Source: an uncultured archaeon (GTDB lineage Archaea; Iainarchaeota; Iainarchaeia; Iainarchaeales; CSSED10-239). Taken from it: a DNA stretch of 14,688 bases. The stretch covers positions 1 to 14,688 of the forward strand of contig CAYXWT010000015.1 of assembly GCA_964468895.1 (NCBI GenBank). The letters run 5' to 3'. Each line of letters starts with the position of its first letter. Position 1 is the first letter of the stretch. Shown here in pieces: positions 1-6,541 of the stretch. The notes under the pieces are model-generated. The model worked only from the letters and a program-made list of their open reading frames with translations, did not search any database and was not told the DNA's origin. The translations under genes were made by a program, and so were the position numbers.

Positions 1-25
1 TATTAATTAATAATTATAAAAAAAA

Positions 26-1270
26 CTAATAAAAATTATATATTTCTAAAAGTCTATTATATTTTGCAGTACGTTCACTTCTTGCTGGTGCTCCAAATTT
101 AACAGAATCACTCTTAAGACCAAATGCCAGATCAGCTATAAAATCATCTTCACTTTCTCCAGATCTATGTGAAACTTGAACTTTCCAATTTTCTTTTTTA
201 GCAATATTAAAAGCTTTAAAAGTTTCACTTAAAGTCCCTATTTGGTTTACTTTTAATAATAATGAATTACATAGTTTTTGACTTATTGCTTTTTTAATAA
301 GTACAGGGTTTGTAACTAAAAGATCATCTCCAATTATGTTTATTTTTTTATTAGCTAAATTATAAAAATATTTCCAAGCTAGTTTGTGATCTTCAGAAAA
401 TGGATCTTCTATAGAACTAATATTATAATTTTTAATTAAATCTAAATAATAATCTGATAATTCTTTATAATTAAATATCTTAGAATCTACTAAATATTTT
501 TTACTTTCAGTATTATAAAAACTATTAGCAGCACAATCTAAACCAATTTTAATATTTTTAGAATATTTACATTTATCTATGGCTTCTTGAATAAAAGAAA
601 TTGCAATTTTTGGATCAGTAATATTTGGTACAAAACCGCCTTCATAACCAACATTTGTAGAACTAGAACCTAATTTCTTTTTAAGTATGTTTTTTAATGT
701 TAGATAAACTTCACAACTTGCTTGCATTGTTAATTCAAAATCTTTAAATTTAGGAATTATTTGAAATTCTTGAAATGCTAAATTACTTCCAGCATGTTCA
801 CCACCATTAATAATATTTAATTGTGGTATAGGAAAAGTTAGTTTTCCAGCAGTATTATTTAAGTTAGCTATATATTCAAATAAAGGTAAATCTAATTCAT
901 CACTTGCAGCTCTACAACATGCTAAACTTACTGCTAGAATTGCATTAGCTCCAAGATGACTTTTATTATAAGTTCCATCTAGTTCAATTAAAATATCATC
1001 TATCCTTTCTTGATCTAAAACAAATTCACCTTTTAATTTTTTAGAAATAATTGTATTTATATTTTTAATAGCTTTTGAAACATCATTACCACAATATTTT
1101 TTGCTTTTATCTCTTAACTCTAAAGCTTCATTTTTTCCAGAACTAGTACCAGAAGGTACTATTGCAGAACTAATAGCATTATCTGTTTCTATAAAACATT
1201 TTATAGTTGGATAACCTCTAGAATCAAAAACTCTTATAGCTTTTATTTTTTTTATATTCAAAACAAACAC
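26..1270 (-). CDS. eno: Enolase (phosphopyruvate hydratase)
   Basis: Full-length match to enolase hallmarks. N-terminal IKAIRVFDSRGYPTI, INGGEHAG, metal ligands in GLDCAAN / IEDPF / GDDL, LLLKVNQIGT, SHRSGESEDDFIADLA, and FGAPARSERTAKYNRLLEI. The track start is GTG (1268-1270), which lies inside a GAGGTG motif (plus-strand cacctc, 1268-1273). A TTG at 1259-1261, 6 nt downstream of that motif, may be the real start and would give MNIKKIKAIRVFDSRG. Confidence 0.95.
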   Translation of the reverse strand: MFVLNIKKIKAIRVFDSRGYPTIKCFIETDNAISSAIVPSGTSSGKNEALELRDKSKKYCGNDVSKAIKNINTIISKKLKGEFVLDQERIDDILIELDGTYNKSHLGANAILAVSLACCRAASDELDLPLFEYIANLNNTAGKLTFPIPQLNIINGGEHAGSNLAFQEFQIIPKFKDFELTMQASCEVYLTLKNILKKKLGSSSTNVGYEGGFVPNITDPKIAISFIQEAIDKCKYSKNIKIGLDCAANSFYNTESKKYLVDSKIFNYKELSDYYLDLIKNYNISSIEDPFSEDHKLAWKYFYNLANKKINIIGDDLLVTNPVLIKKAISQKLCNSLLLKVNQIGTLSETFKAFNIAKKENWKVQVSHRSGESEDDFIADLAFGLKSDSVKFGAPARSERTAKYNRLLEIYNFY

Positions 1271-1349
1271 CTCTAATTCAAATAAATTAATATTATTTAA
1301 TAAAAATCAAACATTATGATTACTATTATTATTAACAGTTTTACTGTTT

Positions 1350-2012
1350 TTATAAGTATCTACTACTAAATTTTTGTATTTTTTTATTAGATAAAATATC
1401 TAAATCACCAACAACTCTTTTAAGTAGATAATTACTTGTAAAATTAAATAATTCAATATAATTAAATTTTATAGATCCACACAAATAAGGCTTAATATCT
1501 TTTAGGTTAGGTTCTATTATACTAAGATTAATAAATCTAGATATATCAATAGTTTTATTATTAAAACAAGCAACAGATTTTAATATAACAAAATCAATAT
1601 TAGAATATTTACTAATATAATAACCATCTGTTAATAAATCAGAACCAATTAATAAAGCATCTTCTTTATTTTTTTTAAAAATTTCATTAAAATAAAATAC
1701 TTTAAAATATTTATCTTTAAATTTAAAATTATCTTTAAACTCTTTTCTTTTAATATCTCTAGTAATATCATTTAAAGAATTTACATATTGTTCAGAAACA
1801 CAAACCATATTTTCTTTACAAAAATATTTATCTAAATTAAATTGAGAAACTAGTTGTTTAGAATAATCTTCTCTAAATTCACTAATTAAATATAAATCTA
1901 AATTATTTGTTTTACAGAATTTGCTTAAATCATCAAAAAAAGAATGATAATTATTAATAGTATTATTTAAAATAAAAATATCATTTAAACTAAAATACAA
2001 ATATTTTTTCAT
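1350..2012 (-). CDS. Hypothetical protein, HAD-superfamily-like with degenerate catalytic motif I
   Basis: A 220-aa ORF is far too long to stay open by chance in this stop-rich composition. The motif layout resembles HAD hydrolases. YLYFSLNDIF sits where hhhhDxDxT is expected, LYLISEF fits motif II (S/T), and KEDALLIGSDLLTDGYYISKYSNIDFVIL resembles motifs III/IV (K...GDxxxD). The functional assignment is by eye only. Confidence 0.5.
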   Translation of the reverse strand: MKKYLYFSLNDIFILNNTINNYHSFFDDLSKFCKTNNLDLYLISEFREDYSKQLVSQFNLDKYFCKENMVCVSEQYVNSLNDITRDIKRKEFKDNFKFKDKYFKVFYFNEIFKKNKEDALLIGSDLLTDGYYISKYSNIDFVILKSVACFNNKTIDISRFINLSIIEPNLKDIKPYLCGSIKFNYIELFNFTSNYLLKRVVGDLDILSNKKIQKFSSRYL

Positions 2013-2073
2013 AAAATATCAAACATTTAAAAGTATATAATAAAATACATTTAAAAATACAAATAATATATAT

Positions 2074-2106
2074 ATCTATAGAAATAATATTATTTAAATC
2101 TATAGA
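2074..2106. repeat. Two exact copies of ATCTATAGA flanking the 12-bp palindrome AATAATATTATT, in a divergent promoter region
   Basis: Read directly. ATCTATAGA occurs at 2074-2082 and 2098-2106, and its core TCTATAGA is self-complementary. AATAATATTATT lies between them at 2083-2094. The element sits between the start of the minus-strand ORF at 2012 and the plus-strand small ORF at 2149. Confidence 0.5.
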
Positions 2107-2148
2107 TTTTGTAAATACTAATATTTAAATAAAAAACAGGTGTTTTTA

Positions 2149-2298
2149 ATGGGTAGAGAACTTGCAAGTGGGATTTTTTTAGGAATAGGAATAGGAACAT
2201 ACATACCATCATTGCCTGCACCAATAAGTGTAATTAACTCTTATTTTGGATTAATATTAATTATTATAGGTGTAATTCTTTTATTAAAAAGTAAATAA
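2149..2298 (+). CDS. Small hydrophobic (probably two-helix) membrane protein, 49 aa, not in the ORF track
   Basis: ATG at 2149 is preceded by AGGTG (2138-2142) with a 6-nt spacer. Hand translation gives MGRELASGIFLGIGIGTYIPSLPAPISVINSYFGLILIIIGVILLLKSK, ending at TAA 2296-2298. There are two hydrophobic stretches with a Pro-containing turn. The segment is visibly more G-rich than the flanking spacer. Confidence 0.5.
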   Translation: MGRELASGIFLGIGIGTYIPSLPAPISVINSYFGLILIIIGVILLLKSK

Positions 2299-2305
2299 CT
2301 AAAAT

Positions 2306-3205
2306 TTATTTTTTTAAAGATTTTTCAACATCTTTAAATATATCATTTATTTCCTTAATATTAGGTTTCTTTTTAGGAAATATTTTAGAAAATAAGGATT
2401 TTGAAATTTCTTCTTTTTTTGGATTTTTAAAATTATAAATCTCACTTTCATTACTTAAAAATTTATCTGAATCTTTATTTTTTTGTATAATAGCACTTTT
2501 TATATTTAAATGATCTTGATCCAAAGATTTAGAATTTTTAAAATTAGAATTGGTTTTAGACTCTCCAATTAAACTATTTATAAAATTAGCAATTTTTGGA
2601 GTTTTAACTTTATTTTTAACACAAAATAAAACTTGATTTTGATTCATTTTGAAAATTACTTTTTCAGCAATATCTAGAGAATAATTTTCATCTAGAATTG
2701 CTTGTTTTAATTCATTTTTAGAATAATACTTTGTTTGAGGTAATAGCAAATCATATAAAAAATCTATTGTTTGATCAAATTTAGATTTAAATTTATTTTC
2801 AGAAACCACACTATCTGAAGAACTTGTGATTTTATAAGATTTAAGTTTAGCTTTATATTCTTTAAAATTAGAAAGAAATTTTATAATCTGTTCATATTCT
2901 TTAGCATAATTAAACTGAGCAAAAACATAATCTTCATAATCAATTTCTTTTTTATTATATAATTCATCTATTCTTTTTAAGTGATCTCTAACTTTAAGAT
3001 ATCTTTCAAAGCATTTAGAAGGGTCTTTTTTATATAGTGGAATTATAAATATATAAATTATAAATAAAAAATAGAAAAACGCAAAAACTAATATGAAATA
3101 GAACAAAGTATTACTAGTAAACAACTGAGAAAATAAATGGTAAGACTCTTGGTTTTCTAATAGTTTCTCTCCAAAATAAACGTCTAATATTATTGAAAAA
3201 TTCAT
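2306..3205 (-). CDS. Hypothetical single-pass membrane protein with a Lys-rich, probably helical or disordered C-terminal region
   Basis: A 299-aa ORF with one strongly hydrophobic segment (LFYFILVFAFFYFLFIIYIFIIPLY) near the N-terminus. The remainder is charged and Lys/Asn/Ser-rich. I recognise no family motif. It is the last gene of the same-strand block that starts at 5851. Confidence 0.65.
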   Translation of the reverse strand: MNFSIILDVYFGEKLLENQESYHLFSQLFTSNTLFYFILVFAFFYFLFIIYIFIIPLYKKDPSKCFERYLKVRDHLKRIDELYNKKEIDYEDYVFAQFNYAKEYEQIIKFLSNFKEYKAKLKSYKITSSSDSVVSENKFKSKFDQTIDFLYDLLLPQTKYYSKNELKQAILDENYSLDIAEKVIFKMNQNQVLFCVKNKVKTPKIANFINSLIGESKTNSNFKNSKSLDQDHLNIKSAIIQKNKDSDKFLSNESEIYNFKNPKKEEISKSLFSKIFPKKKPNIKEINDIFKDVEKSLKK

Positions 3206-3254
3206 ACTTAAAACTAAGTTAATTTTTTTAAAAATAAAAAAATAAAATTAAGAG

Positions 3255-3485
3255 TTATATTGTAATAAATACAATATTATCTCCTCTTAAAAATACTTCT
3301 CCATGTTTTGTTTTAGGTTTATTATTTTCTAACTCTTCAGCATCTTCTAAAACAACATTTAAATGCACATCAAAAGCTTTTAATTTACCTCTTATTTGGG
3401 TACTACCTTTTAATATTATTAAAACTTGTTTATTTATTGATCTATTAAGAGTATCAAAAGGTCTATTTAATTTTAGGTCTACCAT
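3255..3485 (-). CDS. Sm-like archaeal protein (SmAP/LSm)
   Basis: 76 aa. The Sm1 motif is VLIILKGSTQIRGKLKAFDVHLNVVLEDAEE and the Sm2 motif is VFLRGDNIVFI. Size and layout are typical of archaeal Sm proteins. Confidence 0.9.
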   Translation of the reverse strand: MVDLKLNRPFDTLNRSINKQVLIILKGSTQIRGKLKAFDVHLNVVLEDAEELENNKPKTKHGEVFLRGDNIVFITI

Positions 3486-3539
3486 ATTTAATCATTATCT
3501 CCTTTTTTTAAAATTTATTATTTTTTAACAATTATTATA

Positions 3540-4346
3540 TTATTTTGATTTTCTAGAAAATATTCTTGCTAAAAAAGCAAAAAATCCTCTTTTCTTTTTA
3601 TTTTTATTTTTTGAAGTTATAGAGTCTTTACCAGTTATTTTTCTAGCGATAGCTCTAAATGATTCAGAAGAACTACCATTAGCATTATGTATTAATACAG
3701 GTTTTATTTTTTTAAGTAAAAAGGATTGTCTAATATCTTCAGCATAAGGTATTTTTCCATAACAAGGCAATTCTAACATTTTCATTATTTCTTTATCAGA
3801 AATTTCACCTTTTACATTACTAACTTTGTTTACAATTACACCCATTACTCTTTGATTTAATCTTTCTGCAACAATTTTTGCTTTAAAAGCATCAGCTACA
3901 GATGGAGCAGTAGGTTCAGTAACTAAAAGTATTTGAGATGATGCACTCATTGCTGCAAGTACATTTTTTTCAATACCAGCAGGTGAATCTATTAAAATAT
4001 ATTCAAATTTACTTCTAAGTTCATTTACAACTGTAATTAATCTTTCAGAGTCTACTCTTTGATAAGTAGATAATGAAAGTCCTGAAGGTATAATTTTTAT
4101 GTTCTTTGGTCCATCATAAATTGCATCTGTAACAGATGAGGAACCTAATAAAATATCATGTAAAGTTATAGGAGGTGTTTTTAAACCAATTAACAAACTT
4201 AAATTTGCCATAGCTATATCTGCGTCTATTAATAAAACAGAACAATTTAGTTCTGATAAAGCGATACCTAAATTACCTGTGACAGTTGTTTTTCCAACCC
4301 CACCTTTTCCAGAAACAATTGCAATTACGTCACCCATAAACATCAC
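3540..4346 (-). CDS. minD: MinD/ParA-family P-loop ATPase (archaeal MinD-like) with a C-terminal amphipathic helix
   Basis: It has the deviant Walker A VSGKGGVGKTT, LLIDADIAMANLSLLIGL, Walker B-like YILIDSPAG, and IPYAEDIRQS. The C-terminus KKKRGFFAFLARIFSRKSK is a basic and aromatic amphipathic helix. The track start GTG (4344-4346) is followed by ATG at 4341-4343 and ATG at 4335-4337. The last gives MGDVIAIVSGKGG and is the most MinD-like N-terminus. Confidence 0.9.
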   Translation of the reverse strand: MMFMGDVIAIVSGKGGVGKTTVTGNLGIALSELNCSVLLIDADIAMANLSLLIGLKTPPITLHDILLGSSSVTDAIYDGPKNIKIIPSGLSLSTYQRVDSERLITVVNELRSKFEYILIDSPAGIEKNVLAAMSASSQILLVTEPTAPSVADAFKAKIVAERLNQRVMGVIVNKVSNVKGEISDKEIMKMLELPCYGKIPYAEDIRQSFLLKKIKPVLIHNANGSSSESFRAIARKITGKDSITSKNKNKKKRGFFAFLARIFSRKSK

Positions 4347-4362
4347 TATTTAGTATGTAATA

Positions 4363-4815
4363 TTATACAACACAACTTAAATAATTTTCTATATCTTTAA
4401 TTATAACTAAAACTTCCATTTTAGTAAGTCTATCATTTGCTTTTAAAAAATATACTTTTTTATCTTTTTTAAAAATTATTTGCCAACCATTAGCTTCTAT
4501 TAGAATTATACTTAATTCTTTAATTTCACTATTAATATAATTATACATTGCAGCACTTTTAAAACCTTCCTTTAAATTTCTATTAGTACTTGCAATTACA
4601 ATTCCATCTAAATCTGTTATTATAATATCATTAACTAAGTGCTTTTCTCTTAGTTTTTTAAGAAAATCGGTTATATCTTTAGAATACAAATTTAATGGTT
4701 TATAGCACATCATATTTGATAAACCACTATCATAACTTTGATCTTCTATATTTAATAATTTATTTGAAATTTTAGTAATCATTTTTGTAAAACTTTTAAA
4801 CATTTTGAACCACAT
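4363..4815 (-). CDS. Roadblock/LC7 (MglB-like) domain protein with an N-terminal amphipathic extension
   Basis: The by-eye secondary-structure pattern fits the Roadblock fold. Helix DITDFLKKLREKH, strands VNDIIITDLDGIVIAST (the characteristic hhhD.dG.hhA motif), helix FKSAAMYNYINSEIKE, strands LSIILIEANGWQIIFKKDKKVYFLKA, and terminal helix MEVLVIIKDIENYL. The N-terminal MWFKMFKSFTKMITKISNKLL looks amphipathic. No profile search was possible. Confidence 0.5.
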   Translation of the reverse strand: MWFKMFKSFTKMITKISNKLLNIEDQSYDSGLSNMMCYKPLNLYSKDITDFLKKLREKHLVNDIIITDLDGIVIASTNRNLKEGFKSAAMYNYINSEIKELSIILIEANGWQIIFKKDKKVYFLKANDRLTKMEVLVIIKDIENYLSCVV

Positions 4816-4854
4816 TTTAAACAGATGATATAATTTCTAGACAAAAACTGCTTT

Positions 4855-5364
4855 TTAAAGATTAAGTAAATCATCTAATCCTCTTTCATCTAATAATTTC
4901 TTTTGAGAGTCTGGTTTTATTATTTGATCTTTTAAAATTAATTTTACTTTATTAAGATCATAATTTAAATTATTTAAGAAAAAATTCTTTTTTTTAGAAT
5001 TTTTTTTATTAATAGTTTTTATAAATTTAATTTTTTCGTTAAACAGTAATATAAGTTTAATTTGATCTTCACTTAATTCATAAATATCTATAATTCCATC
5101 TTTAGAACCTAAACAATTTAAACAATAATCAAAAGCTTGAGATCCATATCTTTTAATATTATAAATATCAAATAAATAAATACAACCAATTATTTTACCT
5201 TTATCAAAAATAATATAACTTTCTTCAAAACCAAAAGGTGTGTCATTTGTAATAAATATTAATCCAGAAAAAAGATTTTTAGAAAAGTCTAAAATCAATT
5301 TACTTGGTTTGACTTTTTCAAGAAAAACATTTGTTAATATTGGTTTAGTAATTGGTAAATTCAT
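4855..5364 (-). CDS. Hypothetical protein, PATAN/DUF4388-like N-terminal domain, Lys/Asn-rich linker and acidic C-terminal peptide
   Basis: LILDFSKNLFSGLIFITNDT...SYIIFDKGKIIGCIY...YGSQAFDYCLNCLGSKDGIIDIYEL resembles the DUF4388/PATAN pattern (tG.l.v ... iyf.dG.iv.a ... G.eAl..ll.. ..G.f.f). It is followed by the low-complexity INKKNSKKKNFFLNNLNYDL and ends in LLDERGLDDLLNL. The assignment comes from memory of the family pattern only. Confidence 0.4.
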   Translation of the reverse strand: MNLPITKPILTNVFLEKVKPSKLILDFSKNLFSGLIFITNDTPFGFEESYIIFDKGKIIGCIYLFDIYNIKRYGSQAFDYCLNCLGSKDGIIDIYELSEDQIKLILLFNEKIKFIKTINKKNSKKKNFFLNNLNYDLNKVKLILKDQIIKPDSQKKLLDERGLDDLLNL

Positions 5365-5386
5365 ATCTTTTTCTTTTTTCCATTAA

Positions 5387-5851
5387 TTATTTAATAAAAA
5401 CAACTTTATCAACTGTATTTTTAAGAGCAACAGCACTACCTTCATCAACTAAATAAACCATTGTGAATTTACCTTGCCTTTTTGCTTTTAAAATTGCTGG
5501 TAAATAATCTGAATCTCTAGTTATAAAAACAATAGTATCGATATCTTTATTATATGCTGCTTCTGTAGCTTCTACAGCCATACATACATCCACATCTCCA
5601 ACAGTAATTATACTTTCAAAACCTAAATTAACTACTGCTTCTATTAATTTATCTGTAGCATATTGATCTAAAAATACTTTTGCGATTTTTAAATAACCTT
5701 CTTTTAACAAACGTTCTTTTATTTTAGATAAATCAATATTAAATTCTTTTCTTAAAATATTAGGACCATCAACAAAAACTGCAATATTATTTCTTCTAGA
5801 TTTTTTTGGAAATTTACTTTTATCAAAAAATAAATTAGATAACTTAAACAT
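5387..5851 (-). CDS. NYN-domain (LabA/DUF88-like, PIN-related) putative ribonuclease
   Basis: The motifs are NIAVFVDGPNILRK (first acidic motif), GDVDVCMAVEATEAAY and FITRDSDYLPAILKAKRQGKFTMV (the DSD motif), typical of LabA-like NYN domains. GGGTGAG lies 4 nt upstream of the ATG (plus-strand ctcaccc, 5856-5862). Confidence 0.75.
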   Translation of the reverse strand: MFKLSNLFFDKSKFPKKSRRNNIAVFVDGPNILRKEFNIDLSKIKERLLKEGYLKIAKVFLDQYATDKLIEAVVNLGFESIITVGDVDVCMAVEATEAAYNKDIDTIVFITRDSDYLPAILKAKRQGKFTMVYLVDEGSAVALKNTVDKVVFIK

Positions 5852-6092
5852 ATTCTCACCCTATTTAAATATAAACAAATATATCTTAATTTAAAAAGAT
5901 ATACCACACACACCACATTATAGTCTTATAGAACTACAACTTATATTTTAAGTTAATTTCTACAGCGAAATTATTAGTAAAATATTAATTAACATATATT
6001 AATTATAAACAAAACATATTTAAAAACATATTTATATATACTTTATATAACAGAAACTTAATTTTAGGTTATCTTTTAATAAAAAAACAATT

Positions 6093-6110
6093 TTTATAAA
6101 AATATTTAAA
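6093..6110 (+). promoter_or_regulatory. Candidate archaeal TATA box(es) for the aIF5A gene
   Basis: TTTATAAA lies at 6093-6100 and TATTTAAA at 6103-6110. They sit about 40-55 nt upstream of ATG 6149, which would leave a short leader containing AGGTG (6136-6140). This is weak evidence, because TATA-like strings are abundant in sequence this A+T-rich. Confidence 0.3.
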
Positions 6111-6148
6111 CTAAAATTGATTTAGAATTAAATATAGGTGAATATATA

Positions 6149-6541
6149 ATGGGTGATTACGGAATTAAATTTGCACAATTAGGACAACTTAAAGAAAAAC
6201 AATTTATTGTAATTGATGATATTGTTTGTAGAATTGATACAATGCAAAAATCTAAACCTGGTAAACATGGATCTGCAAAAATGAGAGTTGTTGCAACAGA
6301 TTTTTTTACAGGACAAAAAATGAATTTACTTAAACCAACTAGTACAAGTGTAGCAGTTCCAATAATAGAAAAAGGAAATGCACAAATAATAGCAGATTTA
6401 GGTGAGAAATACCAAGTAATGGATGTAATGACATATATAACATATGAAGTAGAAAAAGCAGAATTTAAAGGTCTAGAACCTGGTAGTGAAGTAGAATATA
6501 TGAAAGCTGGTTCTCAAATAAAAATTATTAGAAAGAAATAA
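6149..6541 (+). CDS. eif5a: Translation initiation factor 5A (aIF5A)
   Basis: SKPGKHGSAKMRVVATDFFTGQK contains the conserved hypusination-site motif (KPGKHG). The N-terminal SH3-like half, C-terminal OB-like half and 130-aa length all fit. AGGTGA lies 7-8 nt upstream of the ATG. Confidence 0.93.
   Translation: MGDYGIKFAQLGQLKEKQFIVIDDIVCRIDTMQKSKPGKHGSAKMRVVATDFFTGQKMNLLKPTSTSVAVPIIEKGNAQIIADLGEKYQVMDVMTYITYEVEKAEFKGLEPGSEVEYMKAGSQIKIIRKK

Noticed and set aside
2306-3205. Possible SHOCT-like or other named domain in the 299-aa membrane protein (for example RIDELYNKKEIDYEDYVFAQFNYAKE)
   Set aside because: The resemblance is a loose helical Lys/Glu pattern common in this proteome's composition, and I cannot support a family call without a profile search.
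3463-3502. GGAG (3499-3502, minus strand) followed by a 10-codon ORF (ATG 3493-3495, MIKYGRPKIK) overlapping the Sm start out of frame
   Set aside because: It is too short to support as a gene and only 3 nt separate GGAG from its ATG. The GGAG more plausibly belongs to the Sm gene's own initiation region.
5904-5917. CA-rich stretch in the long spacer, checked for a tRNA, a C/D-box sRNA or a small ORF
   Set aside because: There is no acceptor- or T-arm-like complementarity, and no RUGAUGA/CUGA boxes on either strand nearby. The only ATG-initiated ORF over it (minus strand) is 10 codons. It is kept only as a descriptive note in the spacer finding.
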